64,000 bases of DNA from Longimicrobiales bacterium (GCA_965249725.1 CBDFMQ010000002.1:1504001-1568000), one strand, 5' to 3'; shown: positions 19,468 to 29,819, numbered from the stretch's first letter. Numbers and translations are program-made. Notes: generated from the letters alone by a model not told the origin.

Positions 19468-22115
19468 TTCGGCACCAGGCGCTTCAACTCCTCGAAGAAG
19501 TTCACGATTATCTGGACAGGAATTATCGGGACACGGTCGACCTCGGTTTCCTCAGTGGTAGGCCCCATCACTGCCACGAACGATTCACCGTTCGGGTGAA
19601 TATCCCAGTCGTGTCTACCCAGAGCATCGGCCATCCACTCCGCCTCGAATAGTACGTTGAGCGAACCCACCGACAACGTCTTGTCGACAGTGACGGCTGC
19701 TCGGATGACCCGACTACCATCGCGGAAGTAGATCGCCGACCCGTCGGGTGCCCAAAGAGGTTGGGTGCCTCCGTCTGACGAGATGACCTGTTGCCCATCG
19801 GCCTCGGGGAACGAGCGGACGTATACCTCCGGGATGCCTGACTCGTCGGACACATAGGCCAGCCAACGTCCGTCCGGTGATAGTGTCCCCGACGTTTCGT
19901 TCCAGTTAGCCCTGAGGTAATCAGAGAAGACGGCGCTGCCGGCGTCCTGCGTCACGAGCATCATGTCGCGCCCTCTGTCGGGCGTTGTCACCTCCACAAG
20001 CAGTAATTTGCGGTCTAGGGAGAGTGCCAACGGGAAATCGTCACCGTCCCTTTCGTAAAGGACCTCCTCCTCCTCCGAGGCGTCCGCCAGTCTGCGTACT
20101 CCGTCATAATGGGTGACCCCAACATAGCCGGAATAGTAAACGTAGCGGCCATCTCGTGACCACCACGGCGACTGGTAGTTGTTCGCATTGGTGAGGAAAT
20201 CGATAGCACCCGTGACTCGGTCGTAGACCCCGATCTGGCGGCCGCTCTCGTAGGGGATGCGTCGGCCATCAGGTGGTGAGAAACGGGGATGGTTGAAGCT
20301 TCTAAGGAACGGGAGCGGAGACTCAGAACCATCGAAGGCTACGATCGCAAGAGCACGGTCTTGAGCACCCACCGCGGGAAGACCTACAACAGCGGTGCCA
20401 GTCTCGGAAACGCTGAACTGGGTTGCGCCCCCGTTGAAGACCAACACCTCAGGCAGCACGATTGAGGGCGCGCCCGTAACCCGGTGCGTCGCTAGGTCGA
20501 AGGGGACCGCCATCAACGACTGACTGCTGTGTCCATATACGACATGCCCGGTAGGGACGTACCTAGGGTTACTCCCAACGATCCCTAGGTCAGTTACCGC
20601 GCCGGACCCGATATCGACCAACATCAGGCGCCTGGTGTCGATATCGCCCGGTCCTTGGAAGAGAATGGCCCTTCCATCGGGTAGAAGGTACGGGCGAATG
20701 GCGCCCTGAGAGATGTCCTCACTCTCGAGCACGAGGGTAGGCTCACCGCCCGCGACTGCAATCCGATAGATGCCGTGGCCTCGCGAGAACACGAGCATGT
20801 CCTCGACGCCCCAATGCGGCTCTGTTCCCGTGGCCACAGACACCATCCGATCGCCAGACAACCCCACCCTTCTTATTTCCTCGGGTTCGACGACGAATGC
20901 CAACCATTCGCCATCTGGGGAAAACGTGGGCTGGGCGGCGCGTTCCGTGTTGGGGACTTCGGTAAATCCAACCTCGTTACCCAACCGCATAAACAGCCGA
21001 CTCATGCCGTCCTGGTGACTTGCCAACACGATTCGTGAGCCATCCGGGGAGATCGCTAGCCGCCGGTCGGAACCGACGTCAGCCGCGAGTCGAAACTCCG
21101 AGAGCGGGAAACGTAGTGTGGGGGCCGCGGTGTTCAGCGCAGGAATCGTAGGTGGCCTTAGCCAGCCCCAGGTTGCCGCGAGCGAAAGGAGGACGGTCAG
21201 GGTCGCCAAGCCGACCGCCAGCCGGTTCCAAGGTCCTGGGGCGGCACCCGCTACTCCGGCGACAGCCTCCCCATACCGGAAGTGCTCATCCCCGAGCGCC
21301 CTCGCGAACTCCTGCGCCGACGTGAACCGATCCGCCGGTAGCTTCTCCAGCGCCTTCCGGAGTGCCGCGTCCACATTCACCGGCACAGCCGCTCGCTCTT
21401 CACGGGCCGATACCGGCTTGCCCTGGATGATCTTTCCGAGGATCGCCTGTGCGTTACTCCCTGTGTATGGCGGCTCTCCGACCAGCATCTCGTATAGGAC
21501 CGACCCAAGTGCGTAGATGTCCGTTGATGGGCCTACGATCTGGTCTCCTGTGGCCTGTTCGGGACTCATATAGTGCGGTGTGCCGAGGCTCAGACCCGTC
21601 TCGGTCAGTCTCCCGCCACCCGCTGCGCTTACGGCGAGTGCGATCCCGAAGTCGGCTACGAGAGGACGACCCCGGCTGAGTAGGATGTTCGCGGGCTTGA
21701 TGTCCCGGTGGATGACGCCCTGTTCGTGGGCGGCTTGAAGGGCGTCGGCTATCTCCGTCGCGATCTTAACCGCCTCGTCCACGGGAAGCTGGCTTTCGCG
21801 CTCAAGGCGGTCGCCGAGGGTCTCTCCCTCGACATACGGCATGACGTAGTAGAGGAAGCCGTCAGCTTCACCGGAGTCATGGAGCGGGAGGATGTGGGGA
21901 TGCTGGAGATTCGCAGTCGTCTTGATTTCGGCCAGGAAGCGTTCGGCTCCGACTACCGCTGCCAGTTCCGGTTTCAAGACCTTCAGCGCGACCTTGCGTT
22001 CGTGCTTGAGGTCGTCAGCCAGGTAGACCGTGGCCATGCCGCCTTCGCCCAACTCACGCTCGATGGTGTAGCGGCCTTCAAGGGCAGCGTTCAGCCTGGC
22101 AACGGGATCGGACAT
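19464..22115 (-). CDS. Hanks-type Ser/Thr protein kinase with TM helix and TolB/PD40-like beta-propeller
   Basis: LGEGGMATVY, VALK, HRDIKPAN, DFG, GTPHYMSPE; SPDG repeats. Confidence 0.9.
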   Translation of the reverse strand: MSDPVARLNAALEGRYTIERELGEGGMATVYLADDLKHERKVALKVLKPELAAVVGAERFLAEIKTTANLQHPHILPLHDSGEADGFLYYVMPYVEGETLGDRLERESQLPVDEAVKIATEIADALQAAHEQGVIHRDIKPANILLSRGRPLVADFGIALAVSAAGGGRLTETGLSLGTPHYMSPEQATGDQIVGPSTDIYALGSVLYEMLVGEPPYTGSNAQAILGKIIQGKPVSAREERAAVPVNVDAALRKALEKLPADRFTSAQEFARALGDEHFRYGEAVAGVAGAAPGPWNRLAVGLATLTVLLSLAATWGWLRPPTIPALNTAAPTLRFPLSEFRLAADVGSDRRLAISPDGSRIVLASHQDGMSRLFMRLGNEVGFTEVPNTERAAQPTFSPDGEWLAFVVEPEEIRRVGLSGDRMVSVATGTEPHWGVEDMLVFSRGHGIYRIAVAGGEPTLVLESEDISQGAIRPYLLPDGRAILFQGPGDIDTRRLMLVDIGSGAVTDLGIVGSNPRYVPTGHVVYGHSSQSLMAVPFDLATHRVTGAPSIVLPEVLVFNGGATQFSVSETGTAVVGLPAVGAQDRALAIVAFDGSESPLPFLRSFNHPRFSPPDGRRIPYESGRQIGVYDRVTGAIDFLTNANNYQSPWWSRDGRYVYYSGYVGVTHYDGVRRLADASEEEEVLYERDGDDFPLALSLDRKLLLVEVTTPDRGRDMMLVTQDAGSAVFSDYLRANWNETSGTLSPDGRWLAYVSDESGIPEVYVRSFPEADGQQVISSDGGTQPLWAPDGSAIYFRDGSRVIRAAVTVDKTLSVGSLNVLFEAEWMADALGRHDWDIHPNGESFVAVMGPTTEETEVDRVPIIPVQIIVNFFEELKRLVPN

Positions 22116-24740
22116 CAGTTCCCAACCCGCTCCTTCAACTCCTCGAAGAAGTTGAGGACGAGGATGAGTTGTTGCTTTTCGGCGGACCTCACCGCAAGGG
22201 TTGGTTGAACGACGATGATCCTGTCGCCGTCGGGATGGAGGTCCCAGTGCTCGGGACTGAAGTCTCCGGCAAGAACCACCTCACGGGATCGCACAGTGAA
22301 CGTAGGTTCAGCATCTACCCGTGCGGCGTACAGCGTGTCGATCTGTTCGTCCTCATGCCGCCAGTAGTAGAGGGTGGTGCCGTCAGGCGACCAGCGCGGG
22401 AACTCGCCGCCGCCCTGGGAGACCAACACCGGCTGCCGGGGGTCTGGGAAGCTGCGTACGTAGACTTCGTCGGTACCGGTCTCGTCGGACTGGTACGCAG
22501 CCCAGCCACCAGCAGGTGAGACAACGACATCGTCGAGATCCGCGTCCGACTCCAGATACGCCGTCGGATTCTCACCACCCGATGGAGCGAACGTCCCTAG
22601 GGTCGATGGGTTCGGGCTACTCTCGAACACCGCGAGGTCATCCTCGGGCCAGCTTCGGATTAACTGGATGCCGGGGAGGGTCAGAATCTCCTCTTCGGGT
22701 GCGTCGTCGTTGACGGTCCGCACGAAGAGATCCCACTCGTCGGTTCCCTCCCGCAGGGAAGTGAACGCGATACGACTCCCATCCGGTGACCATACGGGGA
22801 ACCGATTGTCACCCTCGAACGTGAGTTGCCTTGGTGTGGTCTGCGATTCCACATCGTAGGCGTAGATCTGGCGGTCTCCCGGACGACCACTGTGGTAAGC
22901 TATAGAGCTGCCATTCGGCGACCATCGTGGACCGCCGAACACCTGTGGGGTGAGCGCCAGGACGAGAGCCTCCTCGTTGCCCTCTAGATCGACGACAACG
23001 AGCTTGTGCGTCCCAGCCATCGGAGTTAGACCCTACCACGTAGAGGAGCGTCCCGTCGGCTGCTAGCCGCATGTCCGCCCTGTTCGTGGTAACACGCACC
23101 CCGTCGAAGAGTGGAATCGCCCCACCCGTGATCGCGAGCCCACTGAGATCGAAGGGCAAGGCGAAGAGTGCCCCGTCGGTTCGGAGGTAGACCAGGTGGC
23201 CCGTGGTCGTGTACCAAGCTCTGATGACTTGCTCCAGGATGACTTCCGACGACAGAGCCCGCAGGTCCACGACGTGAAGCTCGTTGTTGGTGGGGACCAC
23301 AAACGCACCCCGAGCCTTGGGAAGGCCGTGCACCCAATAAAGCCCAGGACCTGGCCCAAAGACCACGAGCGGTTCCCCACCGTCTTCAGGAATTCGCACG
23401 ACCCTCCCACCGGTTGTCTCGTAGAGGATCGTCCCATCATCGAGCCAAGCCAGTCCAACCCGATTAGAGCCCCCCTCGGTGTCCTCGGCCAGCCTCAACG
23501 CAGACCCCCCCACGAGGGGCCGCTTGTAGAGGTCCGTTCCTATGGCATACGCGATCCATTGGCCGCTGGGGGAGTACACAACGTCCCGACCCCGTTCGGT
23601 TCCAGGAATCGGAGTAATCTCGGTCGAGCCCCGCATCTTGAGCGCCAATTGATCGCCGACTGGGAGGATCATACTCGATCCATCGGGGGCAACCGCCGCG
23701 TAACGTCCGAACTCTGTCCCCAGACCGGCCCAGCCTTCCGTGCTCAGAACCTGGCGCATTGCGGGCTGAGGTGGCGCGGGGCGGAGGAGCGACCAGCCGA
23801 AACCGGACGCGAACACGAGCGCCAGTGCACCCAATCCCATCGACAGCGGGTTCCAAAGCCCCCGGCCAACCGTCACGCCCCCCGCAGCTTCGTCCCCGTG
23901 CCGGAACCCCTGATCAGCCAGCGCCTTCGCAAACTCCTGAGCCCCCGTGAACCGATCCGCAGGCAGTTTCTCTAGCGCCTTCCGAATCGCGGCGTCCACG
24001 TTGGCTGGAACCGACTTTCTGATCGCCGTTGCCGACACCGGCAGGCCCTGAATGATCTTGCCCAACACGGCCTGAGCGGTATTGCCGGGATAGGGGGGCT
24101 CGCCCACCAGCATCTCATAGAGAACACACGCCGGAGCGAACGTGTCACTCGCGGGTCCAACCGCTTGGTCCCCGGTCGCCTGTTCGGGGGACATATAGAA
24201 AGGAGTACCCAGCGAGAGCCCGGTCTCGGTGAGGCGACCGCCTCCACCGACGCTGACCGCCAGCGCGATTCCGAAGTCGGCAACGAGCGGTTCTCCACGG
24301 CTCAGAAGGATGTTGGCGGGCTTGATGTCGCGGTGGACCACACCATGCTCGTGAGCCGTCTGAAGAGCGTTCGCCACGGCAGTGGCAATGCCGAGCGCCT
24401 CATCGACGGGTAGCTGTCTCTCACGGTCGATCCGCTCCCCTAGCGTCTCACCCTCGATGTAGGGCATGACGTAGTAGAGGAAGCCGTCTGCTTCCCCCGA
24501 GTCATGGAGCGGCAGGATGTGGGGGTGCTGAAGATTGGCGGTGGTCTTGATTTCGGCCAGGAAGCGTTCGGCTCCGACGACCGCAGCCAACTCGGGCTTC
24601 AAGACCTTGAGGGCGACTTTACGCTCGTGCTTCAGGTCGTCAGCGAGGTACACCGTCGCCATGCCCCCCTCGCCCAACTCTCGCTCAATGGTGTAGCGGC
24701 CTTGGAGGGCTGCGTTCAGGCGGGAGACGGGATCAGACAT
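22115..24740 (-). pseudogene. Second Ser/Thr kinase-propeller paralog, frameshifted near 23020-23035
   Basis: Kinase ORF 22809-24776 and propeller ORF 22115-23020 together are colinear with the 883-aa paralog; both end NFFEELK. Confidence 0.85.
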
Positions 24741-24753
24741 GATGATTGGCGAC

Positions 24754-25215
24754 TCAGTCTTCTTCTTCGGAGCCATCCCCTCGATACGACTTCAGGTTGC
24801 CCCCAGCGTCAGCGATCCAGCCCCATCGACCTCCGTCATTCAGGAGCACATCCGTCCATCGCGACCACACTAACGTCGCTCCACCGTCAGCCAGCGGGAC
24901 CGCGTTTTGCAGCATCAGGTGGACCACTGCTACGTCGCCGATGACGATGATTGCGAGAGGTCGCGCCGTGATCAAAGTGGCGTTGCTCCAATAAGGATTA
25001 GAAGCCCTCATCGCATCGAGATCCACAGGCAGGGGATCAGCCGCATTCCAGCCTACATACGCCTCGTGGAAGCACTGTGCCACTCGATCTGCCGGACTCA
25101 TTGCAGAACACTCCAACTCGAACTCCCAGACCTCCATTTGCTCGGCGTTCCAGTCTTGAGCAGACGCTGGTGCAGTGATAACGGTGGCCGCGGCGATGAG
25201 TATCAGAGTGCGCAT
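24754..25215 (-). CDS. Secreted NTF2/DUF4440-like protein
   Basis: Signal peptide; GDVAVVH...RWTDVL..W. Confidence 0.6.
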   Translation of the reverse strand: MRTLILIAAATVITAPASAQDWNAEQMEVWEFELECSAMSPADRVAQCFHEAYVGWNAADPLPVDLDAMRASNPYWSNATLITARPLAIIVIGDVAVVHLMLQNAVPLADGGATLVWSRWTDVLLNDGGRWGWIADAGGNLKSYRGDGSEEED

Positions 25216-25601
25216 GATCGTTCCTCTGGGAAGTGAGGCAACTTGCTGCTGGTCTGGATGTCCTCCATCAGCGGAGGATCAAACCGTGACCAACATCCTA
25301 TCCGCAGGTCGGGAAGCGCAAGCAGAACCGTGTCCAGGGGCTGTTAACGGCGTTCTGCATGTATGCCGATTTTGCCTTTGGCATCCGGGCCAGGGTCCGG
25401 GTGTTCTGGTGGCCTAGGGGGGCGTTAACGGGGCACGGTTGCACAGACCAAACGGTGGGCGGTTCGTGGTGGCACGGTGCCGGAGCCTTGGGCCAGTGGT
25501 CGGTTCATGCCTGACTGCGCTCAGGCTCATGTGCACTCAAGGGGCAGGCGACGAGCAACGTAGCGCAGAGCACTACGATCATTCTCGCACTCACGTATTC
25601 C

Positions 25602-26010
25602 TTAGCGCCGGAACACGTAGGCCACGCCCTCGCGGATGACGGTCAGCACGTTTCCTGTGAGGGACGCGCTTTCTTGAGAGCCGTCTGAGGAGTTGAAGAC
25701 GATGGCCGAGGCGTTCTGCACGAACGCGCCCGTGTCGGTCTCTGTTTCAGTCGTGACTGCGCCGTTTTCCGTAACGCGGAAAGTAAACGACCTTGAGAAT
25801 GTCCGGTCGCTGTTCAGGCGGATGGAGCCGGAGAGGAACTCCAAGGTGGTCCCAGGAATCGCGAACAGCGTCCACGGGAGGGTCTCCCCGGCGATGCTCT
25901 GCAACGTGTACGTTCCGGCGATGGTCTCGGGTGCGAACGGGTCGCCCCCACTTCCGTCGTCGCCGCCACACGCAGCCAAGACCGTAGGGGCGTGTATTCG
26001 CGTTCTGAGC
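25602..26010 (-). CDS. Lipocalin-like lipoprotein; start unclear or decayed
   Basis: LAAC lipobox; IAGTYTLQS; beta-rich. Confidence 0.55.
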
Positions 26011-26086
26011 GTCTTCGGTGTTTATTCGGCATCCCGGGTAAGGTAGAAGGCTCTCGTGGCTTAGAACGCTGTTTACCGATCCGCCA

Positions 26087-26105
26087 CAGCAATCGCTTGT
26101 TGCGT
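26087..26105 (-). repeat. Degenerate half attC ending cassette 5
   Basis: cagcaatcgcttgtt matches the L''/spacer side of the other attC sites; the R'' box and the remainder are lost. Confidence 0.55.
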
Positions 26106-26110
26106 GCGGT

Positions 26111-26683
26111 TCAGCCCCCATACGCGGACGTCGAGCTCAGAACGAGCATGTAGACCAGGATCGGTGTGAAAAGAAGTGTGATGCCGATCTGAATCCGTCG
26201 GTCGCGAGCCACGATCATCCCAAGCATTAAGGCGATCTCGACGTAGATGACGAGACTCATCCGAGCCCACAGTGAGGCTCCAAACCACACGACATTCCCA
26301 ACCGTCCCCAAGACGTGGTAGGCGATGATCGCCGCGAGCGCCCATCGACCGTTTTCTCTGAAGTACATGCGAAGATCGACACCCGAGACTGGCACCTCCT
26401 CGGGCAGGATCAGGTTCGCAGCTACATAGAGGCAAGCGGGCAGGGCGAGCAGGAGGGAGAAGTCGAGAATTGTCCACTCTGGCACCAGACGGTCCAGCTC
26501 GAAAATGCCCCACCAGTACTGCATCTGGAGGAGCAGTAGGAAGACCGCCCAGATCAGCGGGAGCCAGTCCCAGTCAACCAAACGTCGATCACGGAACAGC
26601 CTAACAAACGCTTGGAGAACCTGCGCAAGCGCCAAACCAAGGACCAGCGAGGCGGCGACGGAAATGAACTCGAATGGCGACAT
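26111..26683 (-). CDS. Integron cassette 5: multi-pass membrane protein
   Basis: Six hydrophobic segments; lies between attC 26706-26805 and the attC remnant. Confidence 0.7.
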   Translation of the reverse strand: MSPFEFISVAASLVLGLALAQVLQAFVRLFRDRRLVDWDWLPLIWAVFLLLLQMQYWWGIFELDRLVPEWTILDFSLLLALPACLYVAANLILPEEVPVSGVDLRMYFRENGRWALAAIIAYHVLGTVGNVVWFGASLWARMSLVIYVEIALMLGMIVARDRRIQIGITLLFTPILVYMLVLSSTSAYGG

Positions 26684-26705
26684 GGTACCGATCTGCACAC
26701 GCGCG

Positions 26706-26805
26706 TTCTAACGGATTGCGATTCTGCTGCGCGACTAAGATGTGGATCTGAAGCGATGCACGCGAGCTAGATGTCTACCGCGACTGCAGCCATCGCTTGT
26801 TAGAA
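26706..26805 (-). repeat. Integron attC site (100 bp)
   Basis: Minus strand: TTCTAAC-aagcg-ATGGCTGC...GCAGAAT-cgcaatcc-GTTAGAA. Confidence 0.9.
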
Positions 26806-26824
26806 CGCGCACCCAGAGAGATTG

Positions 26825-27481
26825 CTAGTGCCGGAGTTCGTTCAACACGCCTGCTAGGCGATCGAGCCAGGCGCCAAGAATACCGACCGTGCCGTTGTTG
26901 TTGATGATGCACCCCGCTGTCACCAATCCGGCGATGTTCGGGATCTCCCGAAGGCGTTCGCCGAACTCCTCCGCGGGGAAGAGGAGTATGGCGTCACTCT
27001 GGTTCACCGCCCCAGCCAACGGTTGTCGATTCAAGTAGCGCGCGTCCTGTAGTCTTGCGAGCGTGGCGTCGACATAGCCGCGATAGTCGAAGAGTAACTG
27101 TCGGACTGTTGGGGATAAGAGATCCAGGGCACCTGTGTTCAGGATTTCCTGGAAAGTGGCGCCCCCGGCATGGGGTAGTGGTGCGTGTCGGATGCATTGC
27201 TCGTAAAGCTCACCCATCGGCGCCGCGCTACCCGTTTGGAGCGAAGCAAGGAGAGCCTTTCCGGCTTCCCTCGCCTCAAACGCGGTGCGCTGCTCTGAGT
27301 CCAGTCGAACGGAATCGGCGACGAACTCCCCGATTAGGCGGTTACGGTAGTCAGCCCCTTCGGCGCGGTCCAGACGAGCCTGATTCCAGCGGTCGGCGGC
27401 CAACGCCGCAAGCACTCCGACCAAGATCACAGCGAACTCCCCGGCGAGTCGGCCGATTCTTTCTGATCTGGAACTCGTCAT
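26825..27481 (-). CDS. Integron cassette 4: DUF6090-like TM-anchored protein
   Basis: GEFAVILVGVLAALAADRW, ILNTGALDLL; between attC sites. Confidence 0.7.
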   Translation of the reverse strand: MTSSRSERIGRLAGEFAVILVGVLAALAADRWNQARLDRAEGADYRNRLIGEFVADSVRLDSEQRTAFEAREAGKALLASLQTGSAAPMGELYEQCIRHAPLPHAGGATFQEILNTGALDLLSPTVRQLLFDYRGYVDATLARLQDARYLNRQPLAGAVNQSDAILLFPAEEFGERLREIPNIAGLVTAGCIINNNGTVGILGAWLDRLAGVLNELRH

Positions 27482-27533
27482 GGTTGTAGAACCCCTACAC
27501 GGATCGTTCAGCGGACCGGCTGAGGATTGCGCG

Positions 27534-27633
27534 TTCTAACGGATTGCGATTCTGCTGCGCGACCAAGATGCCGACCGCAAGCGAAGCGCGCGAGCTAGAT
27601 GCCTACCGCGACTGCAGCAATCGCTTGTTATGT
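27534..27633 (-). repeat. Integron attC site (100 bp)
   Basis: ACATAAC-aagcg-ATTGCTGC...GCAGAAT-cgcaatcc-GTTAGAA. Confidence 0.9.
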
Positions 27634-27643
27634 AGCCCATGAT

Positions 27644-28033
27644 TTATCGAATTGGACGAACATGCCGTTCGATCCATTCCTGGAACTCCTCCCGGGTTCT
27701 CTGGCCTGCGGCCACCGCGAGAATCTCTGCTTCGGCTTCGTCGACTTCCGCGGTGATTTCGAAGCCATTCAGCATGAGAACTGCCTCCGCTGCAGCGTGG
27801 CCAATTCTCTTGTTCCCGTCGATGAAGGGGTGATTCATGATCAGGGAGAAGCCCAAAGCGGCTGCCTTGGAAGAAAGGCTCGGGTACAGATCTTCGCCGC
27901 CGAACGTCTGCCGGGATTGGCCAAGTGCGGACTCCAGCATACCGAGATCCCGCAAGCCGTCAGAGCCCCCAGATTCTGCGATGATGAGACCGTGAAGCTT
28001 GAGGACCTCAGCCAAACTGAGGTAGCGCGTCAC
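27644..28033 (-). CDS. Doc (death-on-curing)/Fic family toxin, cassette 3
   Basis: HPFIDGNKRIG motif; GLRDLGMLESAL. Confidence 0.9.
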   Translation of the reverse strand: MTRYLSLAEVLKLHGLIIAESGGSDGLRDLGMLESALGQSRQTFGGEDLYPSLSSKAAALGFSLIMNHPFIDGNKRIGHAAAEAVLMLNGFEITAEVDEAEAEILAVAAGQRTREEFQEWIERHVRPIR

Positions 28034-28224
28034 CCGAGGCGCTCGTAGAGCTCCCGGTTCTTCTCCAGAATCTTGGACGCCACACGGTCGAAGTCCGCCT
28101 CCGGCTGGGCGACAAGTTCGCGGACAGCCGCCTCGGCTAGAGACTCGGCCGGAACGTTGAGTCGTCCCGCGATCTCAGCGAGTCGCCGCTGCTGGGCTTC
28201 GGAAAGTTCTATGGCGAGTTTCAT
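28030..28224 (-). CDS. Putative antitoxin (RHH-like), cassette 3
   Basis: 64 aa ending ILEKNRELYERLG; 4-bp overlap with the toxin; GGAGG RBS. Confidence 0.8.
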   Translation of the reverse strand: MKLAIELSEAQQRRLAEIAGRLNVPAESLAEAAVRELVAQPEADFDRVASKILEKNRELYERLG

Positions 28225-28282
28225 GATTCCTCCCTTCCCCACAAAGCTACCCAGGTTCGACAGGTACGACCAATGGAGGGCT

Positions 28283-28382
28283 ACATAACGGATTGCGATT
28301 CTGCTGCGCGACCAAGATGTGGACCGCAAGCGAAGCGCGCGAGCCGAATGTCTACCGCGACTGCAGCAATCGCTTGTTAGGC
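28283..28382 (-). repeat. Integron attC site (100 bp)
   Basis: GCCTAAC-aagcg-ATTGCTGC...GCAGAAT-cgcaatcc-GTTATGT. Confidence 0.9.
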
Positions 28383-28414
28383 TGCTGGCCCAGGTGTTTG
28401 GGGCTAGTCAAAGC

Positions 28415-28906
28415 CTAGGGCTGGAGTTGTGCTAGGAAGGTCGCGGAATCGAAGAGGATCCACTCCTCGGCAATCTTTCCGCCCTCGATGCGAAGAATGA
28501 GCATTTCACTGACGTGGACCGTCCGCCCGGTCGCCCCAATTCCCGCGAAGTCTCCGGTGTGCTGCAGCGTGATGTCTACCAATAGGGCGATTCGGTCGCC
28601 TTCCGAAACCGATTCCCGTATGACATGGCGTATGTCGGAGAACCCCGTGAAGAATGGCAGTAGGCTCTCACGGTAGGCTGCGAATTCTATCACCTCCGAC
28701 CCCCCGGCCTCGTGGCTGACGAAGCTAGCGGTCAACCATTGGTCTACCACCTCAAGAGATGGATCGGCATCAAACTCCTCGAAGTATCGCTCGATTAGAG
28801 CCCGGTGTTCCTCCGCATCGCTGTGGGTCGTCTCGTCGGTCTGCGGTTGGCAGGCGGAGAGAATGGCGGCAAGAACAAGGGTCGGACCGACGAAGCCTCG
28901 GGGCAT
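28415..28906 (-). CDS. Integron cassette 2: SnoaL-like ester cyclase lipoprotein
   Basis: LSAC lipobox; EGDRIA...HTGDFAGIGATGR...GKIAEEW. Confidence 0.85.
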   Translation of the reverse strand: MPRGFVGPTLVLAAILSACQPQTDETTHSDAEEHRALIERYFEEFDADPSLEVVDQWLTASFVSHEAGGSEVIEFAAYRESLLPFFTGFSDIRHVIRESVSEGDRIALLVDITLQHTGDFAGIGATGRTVHVSEMLILRIEGGKIAEEWILFDSATFLAQLQP

Positions 28907-28953
28907 TTGGAATAGTCCCTCCGTAAGAGGTACATCACTTGTGCTCTGCAGCA

Positions 28954-29053
28954 GCCTAACGGACTGCGATTCTGCTGCGCGTCTAAGATGGTGACCGCAA
29001 GCGAAGCGCGCGAGCTAGCTGGCTACCGCGACCGCAGCAATCGCTTGTTAGAG
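28954..29053 (-). repeat. Integron attC site (100 bp)
   Basis: CTCTAAC-aagcg-ATTGCTGC...GCAGAAT-cgcagtcc-GTTAGGC. Confidence 0.9.
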
Positions 29054-29092
29054 CGCACCCCGCGCATTATGCAGACACGAGGCGCTCGTTGA

Positions 29093-29797
29093 TCAAGCGA
29101 ACGATGCGTTCGATGAGCCATTGCGTCGCCTGGAGTCGCCCCCCCCTTGTTCGAGTCGCATCCAACGCTCGGCAAGCATGTCCTCGAAGCTTGGACTGAG
29201 CAGCACGGCGTCCCACTCGGCTCCATGAGGTGAGGGTCCGAACGGAAGGGACCGAACGGATCCATCACGGAGGGTTCCGAAGGAACCGCGCCGGAGCCGG
29301 TCTACCCGTGGGATCCGGCCCTCCAGGAATGGTTGCATCCGTTGCTCCCAGGTGGCCCAAGCCCGCGCGTCGGCAGCCCGAAGCTGGTCCAGAAAGGCGG
29401 GGTAGCTCGCGAGGGCCAGCCGAAGGCTATCCGACTGAATCAGCTGTGTCTCGCCCGAGGAGATCAGATCATCAAGGACGGCTCGCGGGGGATCGAACTC
29501 GATCTGCTGCGACAAGCCGGAAGCCCACAGATACAACGAGTCCAGCGGTGCTCGCTCTGATCCTTGAGCCTGGTTGATGAGCGCCTCGGCCGAGTGGACG
29601 GCGTGCCCCCGCATTGGAGTGGCAGTCTGCTGAAGGGCAACTGTGAACTCCTGACGTAGGGACATCAAGTAGCTTCGCTCCCGATCAAGAGCCTGCGAGC
29701 CATCCCACCAAGCCTCGATACCAAACGCGAGGAGAATCGAGGCAACGATGACGATCCCCTCAACAGCGATTCGGCCCCAAGGGATGTTCTCGTTCAT
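29093..29797 (-). CDS. Integron cassette 1: DUF6090-like protein; possible G8 frameshift near the 3' end
   Basis: WGRIAVEGIVIVASILLAFGIEAWW; LISSGETQLIQS. Confidence 0.7.
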   Translation of the reverse strand: MNENIPWGRIAVEGIVIVASILLAFGIEAWWDGSQALDRERSYLMSLRQEFTVALQQTATPMRGHAVHSAEALINQAQGSERAPLDSLYLWASGLSQQIEFDPPRAVLDDLISSGETQLIQSDSLRLALASYPAFLDQLRAADARAWATWEQRMQPFLEGRIPRVDRLRRGSFGTLRDGSVRSLPFGPSPHGAEWDAVLLSPSFEDMLAERWMRLEQGGGDSRRRNGSSNASFA

Positions 29798-29819
29798 GCT
29801 ATCGGCCCGTGCGTGTGCG

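Noticed and set aside
23021..23031. GTTAGAC at the kinase frameshift as an integron secondary site
   Set aside because: A 7-bp match is expected by chance and there is no flanking attC structure.
25335..25432. Two GGGG..GTTAACGG motifs as IS5-like ends or attC sites
   Set aside because: Direct orientation, short, no transposase and no L boxes; insufficient evidence.
26706..29053. 100-bp repeats as CRISPR, REP or MITE elements
   Set aside because: They are separated by whole genes and show R/L boxes and cassette-specific core complementarity typical of attC.
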